Shown: positions 16,841 to 25,927, numbered from the stretch's first letter. The stretch is DNA of 42,602 nucleotides from Treponema sp. (GCA_031254365.1 JAIRUN010000097.1:1-42602); one strand, 5' to 3'. The notes: generated by a model not told the origin, from the letters alone. Translations and numbers: made by a program.

Positions 16841-17719
16841 ATGGAAAATGTATGCAACCATAGTTTTGATCTGTCCGCTCTTTTAAAAATTGATGATCTG
16901 GATATTCGGATGATAGCCGGGAATAACTTGTCCCTGCAGGCCAGTGATTACTATAAGTTATTATCAGAATTTATTAATATTGCGCCGAATGTTGAGAATA
17001 TTTTAAACAGAATAGCCGCTCTGGAAGGTGAGAATATCGATTTCAGGTTTGTGGAGGGCATTAAGGAACTCTTGCGAAGCATGGGCTGTAATAAATTGCT
17101 GCCCGCGATTAATGATATTGTCAACTCAGGAAAAATGGGCCAGAGCAAAATTTTCGCTTCCTGCGCCAAAAAACTTTCAGAAGATATACATGATCTGTAT
17201 ACCCGTATAGTGAGAACCATGAATATTTCGGAGGCAGATGAACCCGGTGAGTATCCGGCTTCAATTTTTGAAAAAATATTCCCTTTGAAGAAAGCTTTGG
17301 AACTGCTGGAACAGGAAGAGGCAAGTCGCAAAATACGGATTCTTGCCATTGACGACTCCCCTGTTATGCTGCAAACGATATGTTCTGTGCTGGATGAAGA
17401 GTATAAAGTATACGCGATGACAAATCCGGCAATGCTCGATATGTTTCTGGAACAAATAACGCCGGAATTGATTTTGCTGGATATTGAAATGCCCGGCATG
17501 AACGGGTTTGAAGTAATGTCGCAATTAAAGTCCAACGATTCACATTCAAAAATTCCGGTAGTATTTTTGTCAGCTATGGACGATGCCGCCAACGAAGCAT
17601 ACGGTATTGAAATGGGCGCTGCGGGTTTTATCGAGAAGCCATTTCAGGCAAACATTCTGCGGGAAAAGGTAGCGAAGCATATCGTCAAAAAAAATACATT
17701 GCAAGAAGAAGCGGCGTAA
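16841..17719 (+). CDS. Response regulator: N-terminal HPt-like helical domain plus C-terminal REC
   Basis: REC motifs AIDDS, LLDIEMPG, FLSA, IEKP. N-terminus parallels the HPt region of the downstream kinase. GGAGG SD. Confidence 0.85.
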   Translation: MENVCNHSFDLSALLKIDDLDIRMIAGNNLSLQASDYYKLLSEFINIAPNVENILNRIAALEGENIDFRFVEGIKELLRSMGCNKLLPAINDIVNSGKMGQSKIFASCAKKLSEDIHDLYTRIVRTMNISEADEPGEYPASIFEKIFPLKKALELLEQEEASRKIRILAIDDSPVMLQTICSVLDEEYKVYAMTNPAMLDMFLEQITPELILLDIEMPGMNGFEVMSQLKSNDSHSKIPVVFLSAMDDAANEAYGIEMGAAGFIEKPFQANILREKVAKHIVKKNTLQEEAA

Positions 17720-17720
17720 A

Positions 17721-20700
17721 ATGAAATGGTACAACGACCTGAAAATCCGGTACAAATTGTTATTTACGTTTGGAATACCGGTTTTTCTGCTGGTTGTCCT
17801 GGCGATACTTGCCAGCGTACAGCTTGGCAGCATTGACAAGAAATATACTAACCTTATCTCTGCATCAATATGGCGTCAAAACAGTATATCAAAAGCCGTC
17901 GCGGATATGCAAAGGCTTCGTTATATAAATCTTACCAAAGAGTATCTGGTAAAAACCAATGCCAGTAAAGACGAATTTTTATCTCTGCAAGACAAGTTCA
18001 ATACATTAGCTGAACAATTTATCGAACATTTGAATGCTTACCGTACTAATTTAAGAATGGACAGCAGTTTGCCTGAATTGGAGAAAGAAAAACGTCTGGA
18101 ATTTATTGACGAAACTTTGTATATATTCATTCACGAATACCAGGCAAAAACAAATGAACTTGATGCTTCCCTGTTTGCCGATGAACAGGAGTCAGGCAGG
18201 ATTACAAGAGAGCTTTTCGAGGCAGGTGAAATAATTTCAGAAAAGCTGGACTCGTTTTATCGCCTTATTTCCTTCATGGTTCAGGAAGTATCGACGGTAA
18301 CATCCGCTAATTCACACAGAGCGATAATACTGTTGACCAACATGACAATAATACTCGTCATTTTATCGGTTCTTGTATCGCTCTTTATGAGCAGAACCAT
18401 AAAAACGCCGATTACCCGGATGGAAGATGCCATGCAGAAAATTTCCAGTGGTAATTTATCGTATCCGATTCGCAGCGATCATAATGATGAACTTGGAATG
18501 TTGGCAAATCAGATCGGCAATATGGTTGATAACATCTCAGAGATGAATAAAGTTATGACGGTTATGGCTAATATGGACAGTATGGTTATCGTTACCGACC
18601 TTGATTATAACCTGAAATATATTAATAAAAGCTGCGCTGATATTTTGGGAGTGGATATTAATGCCTGTAAGGGAAAAAAATGTTACAAGGCTCTGAGGAA
18701 TCTGGACAGTCCCTGTTCCATTTGTCAAATGCCGCATTTGTTACCGCAAAAAGATTCATATCCAATCCGTGATTATGAATTTTTGTATGATGATACAATC
18801 GGCGCATGGGTTGGCGGAAAGTCGGCGATTATACGCTGGGTAGACGGTTCCATGGCATATTTACAATCGCTTAAAAATGAAACCGAGAAAAAGAAAAATC
18901 AGGAACAGTTGTGCGAGGCCAAAAAAGCGGCAGAAGAAGCGTTAGCCGCAAAATCTGTTTTCTTTGCCAATATGTCGCATGAAATACGTACGCCGATGAA
19001 TGCGGTATTGGGTATGTCTGAATTGCTGCTTCAGGAGAATCTGAGCAAACGGCAGATGCGATATGTAAATGACATAAAAATGTCAGCCGGGGCGCTTTTG
19101 AATATTATCAATGATATTCTGGATGTCTCAAAACTACAGGCGGGAAAATTGCAGCTTATCCCGGTACATTTCGATTTTGACGCAATGATTGACAACATAA
19201 ATTCAATCGCGCATTTTCTGGTTGAGGATAGCCGTAAAAATATTGTGTTTAATTTGCTCCTGGAAAAACAGGAGCCGTTGTGCCTGTACGGTGACGATAT
19301 GCGCATGAGGCAGGTACTGTTGAACCTGATCAGCAATGCGATAAAGTTTACCGAAGAGGGCCGTATACAGTTAGCGGTGAACTTTACCGATACCGACATA
19401 CACATTACCGTCAGCGACACGGGCATAGGAATTCCATCGGCGAGTATACCAACGCTTTTTGACGCTTTTGAACAGGTTGACGTATTAAAAAACCGCGGCC
19501 AAAAGGGAACCGGTCTTGGCCTTACCATTACCAAAGCCATTGTCGAAATGATGTGCGGACGTATAACAATAGAGAGCGAGTACGGCAGGGGAACAATCTT
19601 TCATGTTGAAATTCCGAAAGTTTTGGGTGACCCGGCGTTTGTCGAACATATTAACAGCAAGGAAGTTGCGTTATGCGCACCTGACGCGAAAATACTGGTC
19701 GTTGATGACAATGAAACCAATTTGAACGTTGCCTGCGGGCTTTTGGAGCTTTTTCAAATAACAGCGGATACCGCTACATCCGGCAGGCGGGCAATAAATT
19801 TAATTCAACGCAATCATTATGATATTGTTTTCATGGATCACAGGATGCCGGAAATGAGCGGCGTTGAAACTACCAAGTTTATCCGTGGAATGGGCATTGA
19901 TGTCCCCATCATCGCGCTTACCGCAAGCGCCGTTGTCGGGGCGAAGGATATGATGCTGGAAGCCGGGATGAACGACTATTTATGGAAACCGATAGTGAAA
20001 ACTGAATTGGTTCATATGTTAAATAAATGGATTCCCGCTGAAAAACTTTTAGTACCTCCGCCCGAAACACCTGCTTTGAATGATGCCGGTAATGAGGAAG
20101 ATGAGTACAACTCAGCTTCTAAAGAAGCTGCGGTTTCTAAAGAAGCCGGAGAATTATGGAAACGGCTTGAATATATCGAAGGGCTTAATCTGTCAATAGG
20201 GCTTGGTCGTGTTGACGGGAAGAAAAATGTGTATGAAAAGTCACTGAAATATATGATACAGGAAATTGAAAAAAACGATAAAAATCTCAATGCGTTTCTG
20301 GCGGCGAATGATATGGAACAATTCAACATAGCAGCTCATGGAATGAAAGGTTCCCTTGCGAACATTGGGGCAATGGAACTTTCCTCAAGAGCGCTTGCCC
20401 TTGAAAAAGCGTCCAATACAAGGGATGTTGATTTTTGCGCGGCAAATCTGCCGCCATTCCTGGAGGAACTTAACGCATTGTGCGGCAAATTAAAAGAAGC
20501 GTTTTCGGTAATTTGTCAAAGATCAGAACCGATTCAAATTCCGCCGGAATTGACTTGTATTTTTGAGCGATTGATCAAAGCCTTTGGAGAATTTAATTTA
20601 TTACGTATCGAAAAAGAAGTAGCGGCTCTGGACGCATTACATTTAAGCGGCGCATTAAAAGAGGAAGTTGAAAGAATAAAAGATTCTGTGATGATAATGG

Positions 20701-20741
20701 ATTACAACGGCGCTGCGGAACTTATACGGAACGCCGCTTAA
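17721..20741 (+). CDS. Hybrid sensor histidine kinase (periplasmic helical bundle-HAMP-PAS-HisKA-HATPase-REC-HPt)
   Basis: ANMSHEIRTPMN, NLISNAIKFT, DTGIGI, GTGLGL, VVDDN, FMDHRMP and HGMKG motifs. Confidence 0.93.
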   Translation: MKWYNDLKIRYKLLFTFGIPVFLLVVLAILASVQLGSIDKKYTNLISASIWRQNSISKAVADMQRLRYINLTKEYLVKTNASKDEFLSLQDKFNTLAEQFIEHLNAYRTNLRMDSSLPELEKEKRLEFIDETLYIFIHEYQAKTNELDASLFADEQESGRITRELFEAGEIISEKLDSFYRLISFMVQEVSTVTSANSHRAIILLTNMTIILVILSVLVSLFMSRTIKTPITRMEDAMQKISSGNLSYPIRSDHNDELGMLANQIGNMVDNISEMNKVMTVMANMDSMVIVTDLDYNLKYINKSCADILGVDINACKGKKCYKALRNLDSPCSICQMPHLLPQKDSYPIRDYEFLYDDTIGAWVGGKSAIIRWVDGSMAYLQSLKNETEKKKNQEQLCEAKKAAEEALAAKSVFFANMSHEIRTPMNAVLGMSELLLQENLSKRQMRYVNDIKMSAGALLNIINDILDVSKLQAGKLQLIPVHFDFDAMIDNINSIAHFLVEDSRKNIVFNLLLEKQEPLCLYGDDMRMRQVLLNLISNAIKFTEEGRIQLAVNFTDTDIHITVSDTGIGIPSASIPTLFDAFEQVDVLKNRGQKGTGLGLTITKAIVEMMCGRITIESEYGRGTIFHVEIPKVLGDPAFVEHINSKEVALCAPDAKILVVDDNETNLNVACGLLELFQITADTATSGRRAINLIQRNHYDIVFMDHRMPEMSGVETTKFIRGMGIDVPIIALTASAVVGAKDMMLEAGMNDYLWKPIVKTELVHMLNKWIPAEKLLVPPPETPALNDAGNEEDEYNSASKEAAVSKEAGELWKRLEYIEGLNLSIGLGRVDGKKNVYEKSLKYMIQEIEKNDKNLNAFLAANDMEQFNIAAHGMKGSLANIGAMELSSRALALEKASNTRDVDFCAANLPPFLEELNALCGKLKEAFSVICQRSEPIQIPPELTCIFERLIKAFGEFNLLRIEKEVAALDALHLSGALKEEVERIKDSVMIMDYNGAAELIRNAA

Positions 20742-20747
20742 AAAAAT

Positions 20748-22160
20748 TCATTTCATCTCATAGGTTTTGCCGTATTGCACAATCTGCACATTGGGATAAC
20801 CGTGTTCCTCAAGGTATGTTTTGAACGCAGCCTGCGCCTTTTTTTCGCCATGAACCAGCAGTATCCCCTTGAGGCGGGAAGTGTCCAGCGCATTGAGCCA
20901 TTCCACTGCCTCAACATAATCGGCGTGGGCGCTGAATGCGTTGATCTCCTCAACATGGGCTTTCAGTTTGAACCAGTCGCCATGAATCTTCACCTCGCTC
21001 TCCCGGCTGCGGATGCGGCGGCCCAGAGTATTTTCCGCCATATAGCCCACGGTAAGAATTGTCGTGTTGGGGTCCTGGATACTGTGGATCAGATGATGCT
21101 GAATACGCCCTGCTTCGCACATTCCATCGGCGGATATGATGATAAGCGGGCCTTCGTGATCATTCAGGGCCTTGGACTCCTGAACGCTGGTAGTAAAGTG
21201 CAGGCTGTTAAAACCAAAGGGATTTTTGTGGTGTTTGATAAAGGCGCTTTTTATTTCCTCATCGTAACATTCGGGGTGTACCTGAAAAATAGTCGTCGCG
21301 TTAGTCGCCATTGGCGAGTCCACATAAATCGGTACTTCTGGAATAACGCCGTCATCGGTCAGCAGATGAAAATAGTAGACCAGTTCCTGTGTACGCTCAA
21401 TGGCGAATGATGGGATGAGGATTCTGCCCCGGCTTTTTACCGTGCGTTTGGCGAGGGCGGCAAGTTTCTCAATGGCGTTATTGGTTGAATCATGGCGGCG
21501 GTCGCCGTAGGTGCTTTCAAGGATAATATAGTCAGGCGCGGGGCCGGGAATTGCCGGATCGCGGATAATGGGCTTGCCCTTTCTGCCAAGATCGCCCGTA
21601 GCAAGAATCCGCAGTTCCTCGCCGCCCCGCTTCACCGTGATATGGGCCATTGCCGAACCGAGGATATGTCCCGCGTCGTGGAATTCCAGCATTACCCCAT
21701 CGCCGATATTCATGGGCCGGTTATACGAAATTCCAATCGTCTGGCTGACCGCCTGAATAGCGTCCTGTTCGGTGTACAGTGGAGTCCAGTTGAATTTTTC
21801 TCCCTTTTTTTCCGCCTGCTTGCGCAGATATATCGCGTCACGGGCCTGTATGTTGGCGGAGTCCATCATAATAAGACTGGCAATGTCCCTTGTTGCCGGT
21901 GTTGAAAAAATATTCCCTTTGTAGCCCTTCTTTACCAGAAGGGGCAGAAGTCCGCAGTGGTCATGGTGTCCGTGGGTAAGAATTGTCCCATCAATGCGAT
22001 CAGTATCAATGCCGAATTCGCGGTTCTTCCGGTCAGCTTCGGCCCGTGATCCCTGAAAAGCGCCGCAGTCGATGAGGTAGCTTTTTCCGTCTATTTCAAG
22101 CACATGCTTTGAGCCGGTAACTTCCCCGGCAGCGCCGAGGGAATAAAAATCAACATTCAT
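20748..22160 (-). CDS. MBL-fold beta-CASP ribonuclease (YSH1/TTHA0252-like)
   Basis: GAAGEVTGS, THGHHDH, AGHILGS, ESTYGDR and FSAHAD motifs. Start at ATG 22160. Confidence 0.92.
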   Translation of the reverse strand: MNVDFYSLGAAGEVTGSKHVLEIDGKSYLIDCGAFQGSRAEADRKNREFGIDTDRIDGTILTHGHHDHCGLLPLLVKKGYKGNIFSTPATRDIASLIMMDSANIQARDAIYLRKQAEKKGEKFNWTPLYTEQDAIQAVSQTIGISYNRPMNIGDGVMLEFHDAGHILGSAMAHITVKRGGEELRILATGDLGRKGKPIIRDPAIPGPAPDYIILESTYGDRRHDSTNNAIEKLAALAKRTVKSRGRILIPSFAIERTQELVYYFHLLTDDGVIPEVPIYVDSPMATNATTIFQVHPECYDEEIKSAFIKHHKNPFGFNSLHFTTSVQESKALNDHEGPLIIISADGMCEAGRIQHHLIHSIQDPNTTILTVGYMAENTLGRRIRSRESEVKIHGDWFKLKAHVEEINAFSAHADYVEAVEWLNALDTSRLKGILLVHGEKKAQAAFKTYLEEHGYPNVQIVQYGKTYEMK

Positions 22161-22166
22161 GGGGTA

Positions 22167-22195
22167 ATTATATACCGGTTTCACTCAAGCTGCAA
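22167..22195 (-). promoter_or_regulatory. sigma70 promoter giving a leaderless transcript
   Basis: TTGCAG-N17-TATAAT-N6-ATG, no SD. Confidence 0.65.
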
Positions 22196-22210
22196 TGAGA
22201 CCGCGCGACC

Positions 22211-22558
22211 TCATTGCTTCGGTTCAATGATTTTTATGTTTTTCAGGAAATAGCGCCTTCCCGCGGAAACGCCGTTGACAAAAGTCAGATCGCGATAATA
22301 TTCTCTGCCCTCTACAGTTACGATCTGCTGTTGAAGCTGCATCAGTTTTCTTTCTTCACCAGGTTCTACGTACCATTCCCTATTCTCTCCGCTGATGACC
22401 AGCGATGTCAGGGGACTGCTTCCAACCAGACGGACACGTCCGCTTACAACTACGATTTGGGTCTCTGTGTCGCCGGTTTCCTTCGCTCCAAAGGCAAAAA
22501 GACCGGCAACAACGCCAAAAATCAATAATAAAAGCAGGATGGTTTTAATTATTCGCAT
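22211..22558 (-). CDS. Hypothetical exported protein
   Basis: Signal peptide MRIIKTILLLLLIFGVVAGLFA-FGAKE, small beta-rich domain; start overlaps upstream peptidase stop. Confidence 0.7.
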   Translation of the reverse strand: MRIIKTILLLLLIFGVVAGLFAFGAKETGDTETQIVVVSGRVRLVGSSPLTSLVISGENREWYVEPGEERKLMQLQQQIVTVEGREYYRDLTFVNGVSAGRRYFLKNIKIIEPKQ

Positions 22559-24048
22559 TGCGTATATTTTTTTGACAGGGTTTTGAATAAATCCGTTTCC
22601 CAGTGCCGGCCCAGCATATCCCTGGCATCCAGCACAAGAGGACCAAAATTACTCAATCCACTGGCTTCAGCAGCAGCCGCTTCTGCTGAAGCCGATGCCG
22701 CACGAGCCCCTCCCGCGGAAATCGGCGTTCCGGCGCTGTTTCCGGTAACATAACCGGATTCAACATCAGCCGCCGAAATTTTATTATTTTCTTTATCAGG
22801 GATATTCGGATTAAAAGTAAGCAGTACATTTCCGGTATATGGCGCAGTATTATTGAGCGTTGCGCTACTCTTGTTAATCCCCGCATATCTGATATTGCCG
22901 CCGGAACCGGCAGGCGGTGAATAGGACGAAGGCAATCCAATTATACTGTATACCCCTTCGCCGGGGTACAGACTCACCTTACGCTGGCTGTTGCCATTTG
23001 TTGTTTTCACCTTGATATCTTTCAGAGCAGGATCGCTTTTGTATCCATATTCATTGACCGGATCGTTTATATAGTTCGCCGCAAGCCATGTTCTGAGCAG
23101 GACCTCCCAATCATCCCATTGTGGATTGATTTTTTTCGCCACATCTGTTATTGCCCGGTAATCAGCATAACGGGAAGATGCAATATCATAAAAAAGACGG
23201 GGCCTTGAAATTTCATCCACCTGTAAATACAGCCATTGAAAAAACAGATAGACAGTGGCATATTCATCAAGTATCGCATTGGGTACATCGGGATAATTCC
23301 CCCATACAAAAAAATTGTTCCCCTGTGCAATGGTTCCGGCAGGATCCTCAATAAACCATTCATACCGTATCTGAGGATGCTGCTCAAAATACAAAAATTC
23401 CGCCTGGCAGGAAAGTCCTTCATCGATCCATGTATCCATAGTAGCTTCACGCAAACAAACAGATGTAACAAAATTGATTAAATGCTGAAGCTCGTGGGCA
23501 AGGGTTGAATAGGTCTCCTGGGGATGCAGGCTCAGGGCAGGATGAGTATCCACATAGATCATATCTGTCTGATTGGAATAACGCCAATCGCTTCTGGGGT
23601 AAAAATTTCCAGGTTGAAAATATCCGGCGATAAAAGAATCTCCTGATTTATTGTACCCGTCTATAATGTCCAACAGCAGAATGGTGAGCTTTCCGTCCCC
23701 GCGAACCAGCCAACTGGAAAAATCCATGATAGTATCAAAGTCATTGCCTTCAAAACTGAAATTTGTCAAACCAAAGGCATTGACTATCTTTTGATAAATA
23801 TATCTGTCATATGTTCCGGCAATATTTGCCGCTCTGGCTGGTGTAATATTGGAGCCCCGCTCGGCCCAGATAACACACTTTTCCCCTTCCGCCAGTTTTT
23901 CTGCAAGCACCCGATAATGCTCTCCGGTGGTCATATTTTGGGCATAGAAATAAACAAAATTATTGCTGTTTGCATCTTGAATGAAATCGCAGGAGTTCAA
24001 TAAAAGCATAGCCAGGCACGACAGCAAGGCTGATTTACATTTCTTCAT
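22549..24048 (-). CDS. Zinc metallopeptidase lipoprotein (M30/hyicolysin-like)
   Basis: Lipobox LLNSC, IAGYF, HELQH zincin motif followed by WIDEGLS. Confidence 0.8.
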   Translation of the reverse strand: MKKCKSALLSCLAMLLLNSCDFIQDANSNNFVYFYAQNMTTGEHYRVLAEKLAEGEKCVIWAERGSNITPARAANIAGTYDRYIYQKIVNAFGLTNFSFEGNDFDTIMDFSSWLVRGDGKLTILLLDIIDGYNKSGDSFIAGYFQPGNFYPRSDWRYSNQTDMIYVDTHPALSLHPQETYSTLAHELQHLINFVTSVCLREATMDTWIDEGLSCQAEFLYFEQHPQIRYEWFIEDPAGTIAQGNNFFVWGNYPDVPNAILDEYATVYLFFQWLYLQVDEISRPRLFYDIASSRYADYRAITDVAKKINPQWDDWEVLLRTWLAANYINDPVNEYGYKSDPALKDIKVKTTNGNSQRKVSLYPGEGVYSIIGLPSSYSPPAGSGGNIRYAGINKSSATLNNTAPYTGNVLLTFNPNIPDKENNKISAADVESGYVTGNSAGTPISAGGARAASASAEAAAAEASGLSNFGPLVLDARDMLGRHWETDLFKTLSKKYTQCE

Positions 24049-24057
24049 ATCCTGCTA

Positions 24058-24126
24058 ATTATATCACATCTTCTTCCGGTTCGCAACAATGACGGGCTTG
24101 AAATTTCCGGCTAAAACAGTGATACT
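24058..24126. promoter_or_regulatory. Back-to-back sigma70 promoters, both leaderless or nearly so
   Basis: Minus: TTGCGA(24086)-N17-TATAAT-N9-ATG 24048. Plus: TTGAAA(24098)-N17-GATACT-N6-ATG 24133. Confidence 0.6.
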
Positions 24127-24132
24127 GAAACA

Positions 24133-24432
24133 ATGGATTTGGGGCAGATACTATTTGTTTCCAGCCGTCTGGTATTGGGGGCTGTTGCCGCTTTTTTTGC
24201 TATCATGCTTTGGTCAAAAACGCGGGATGTGGCCTGGATGCTCATGATTATCGGGACGATTGCCGCATATATCGAGATTATTTATTCGATTCTTGATATG
24301 TTCGGCATTACCGGCGCATATATCCCGTTTATCGGCTCCGTCCCTTTGATGGCGATTGTGCTGCCAGCTTTGCGCATGATTTTTTTTATTGCCGCTTTTA
24401 CGGCAATGGTTATCAGAAACTATCGTAACTAG
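24133..24432 (+). CDS. Small membrane protein (3 TM)
   Basis: 99-aa hydrophobic ORF with LWSKTRDVAW, preceded by a promoter. Confidence 0.75.
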   Translation: MDLGQILFVSSRLVLGAVAAFFAIMLWSKTRDVAWMLMIIGTIAAYIEIIYSILDMFGITGAYIPFIGSVPLMAIVLPALRMIFFIAAFTAMVIRNYRN

Positions 24433-24443
24433 AGGAGGATGAA

Positions 24444-24677
24444 ATGAAATCTTTGATCATCGGTATAGTAATCATTGCGGCCGCTGTATTCGCGGCCCTG
24501 CCGCCGGAAGCGCTTGGTTTCGGACTTGGCTGGTGGGATGATATTCTGATCTTTTTCCGGGGCGGACTGCCGGTTATTGCCGTGCTTATCGGCTTTATCG
24601 CAATATTCATCGGTATCGCCGACATGAAGGATCGCGCCGAAGCGAAAAAAGAAGCGAAAACAGAAAACAAAGAATAG
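24444..24677 (+). CDS. Small membrane protein (2 TM, charged tail)
   Basis: Strong GAGGAGG SD, 77 aa hydrophobic with K/E-rich C-terminus. Confidence 0.75.
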   Translation: MKSLIIGIVIIAAAVFAALPPEALGFGLGWWDDILIFFRGGLPVIAVLIGFIAIFIGIADMKDRAEAKKEAKTENKE

Positions 24678-24733
24678 CGTTATTCTTTGTTCCGGTAATT
24701 GTTCCTGTTTCTCATGGTGGAGGCCCAAAAATA

Positions 24734-25684
24734 ATGGGGAAATATAAAGTATTCGTAGACGGACAGGAAGGCACAACGGGTCTGGAAATAAATGAACGTC
24801 TGCAAAAAAGGAATGATGTAGAGATTCTGAAAATCGATTCTGAAAAAAGAAAAGATACCGGTGAACGGAGTAAATTTATAAATCAGGCGGATATTGTTTT
24901 CCTTTGTCTTCCTGATGTTGCCGCAAAAGAATCGGTGGCATTGATTAACAATTCATCAACGCGGGTAATAGACGGGAGTACAGCGCACAGAATAATGGAT
25001 GATTGGGCTTATGGGATACCCGAATTGAGCGCGGAGCACCGAAAAAAAATAGAGAATTCAAAACGTGTATCTGTTCCCGGATGTTTTGCGACCGGTTTCA
25101 ATATGTTAATATACCCTCTTGTAAAAGAAGGGTATCTTCCGGCGGATTATCCGGTAAGCTGTCATGCTGTTACAGGATATAGCGGCGGCGGAAAGAGGCT
25201 TATTGAAATATATGGATCAGAAGAAAACAAACAGAAACTAAACAGTCCCTGTTTTTATTCGTTGCAACTGCATCATAAACATCTGCCGGAAATGCAAAAA
25301 CACAGCGGCCTGTTAAATTATCCCGTATTTACACCCATCGCCGGTAACTATTACAGGGGCATGACTGTTGCCATACCTCTGTATGCCGGTCTTTTATCAA
25401 AAAAGACAAGCGTAGCGGACATTAATTCATTTTATCATAATTATTTTCAGGGGCAAAAATTTGTAAAAGTATTGCCTGCCGGTTTTCAGGATACACTTGA
25501 ATGGGGTTATCTCAACGCGGAAAGCTGCAATAATACCAATACTATTGAAATTCTGGTATGCGGGCATGACAGCCAAATTCTGCTTGTCTCCAGACTGGAT
25601 AATCTGGGAAAAGGCGCATCCGGCGCAGCTATTCAGAATATGAATATTATGCTTGGACTGGATGAGACATACGGTTTGACATAA
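24734..25684 (+). CDS. argC: N-acetyl-gamma-glutamyl-phosphate reductase, type 2 (short form)
   Basis: VFVDGQEGTTG, FLCLPD, STAHR, PGCFATG, GYSGGG and DNLGKGASGAA motifs. Confidence 0.93.
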   Translation: MGKYKVFVDGQEGTTGLEINERLQKRNDVEILKIDSEKRKDTGERSKFINQADIVFLCLPDVAAKESVALINNSSTRVIDGSTAHRIMDDWAYGIPELSAEHRKKIENSKRVSVPGCFATGFNMLIYPLVKEGYLPADYPVSCHAVTGYSGGGKRLIEIYGSEENKQKLNSPCFYSLQLHHKHLPEMQKHSGLLNYPVFTPIAGNYYRGMTVAIPLYAGLLSKKTSVADINSFYHNYFQGQKFVKVLPAGFQDTLEWGYLNAESCNNTNTIEILVCGHDSQILLVSRLDNLGKGASGAAIQNMNIMLGLDETYGLT

Positions 25685-25692
25685 GGCAGAAT

Positions 25693-25917
25693 CTAACCGG
25701 CGGAAGCAGCCTCAGCCGGAGCAACGGCAACAAGATGGTCTATGCTTTTTGTGCCGTGCTTGAGGGCGGCTTTACATATCTTGCAGATTTTGATCTTTTT
25801 GTCACCGGCATCCTGTTCATAGAGAATTTTTACGTTGTTTCGTTTGCAGACCGGACATTCGCCTCTGCCGTGGGCAAACAGTTCCCGGATTCCTTTACCT
25901 CTGTGCGTCTTTGCCAT
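25693..25917 (-). CDS. Small basic CxxC-x20-CxxC protein, last gene of the ribosomal cluster
   Basis: Starts 10 nt after the rplQ stop with an AAGGGG SD. MAKTHRGKG..CPVC..CKIC; K/R-rich. Confidence 0.75.
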   Translation of the reverse strand: MAKTHRGKGIRELFAHGRGECPVCKRNNVKILYEQDAGDKKIKICKICKAALKHGTKSIDHLVAVAPAEAASAG

Positions 25918-25927
25918 CTATTTCCCC

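Noticed and set aside
16730-20741. Prophage or ICE explanation for the AT-rich two-component segment
   Set aside because: No integrase, transposase or att-like flanking repeats seen; only compositional difference.
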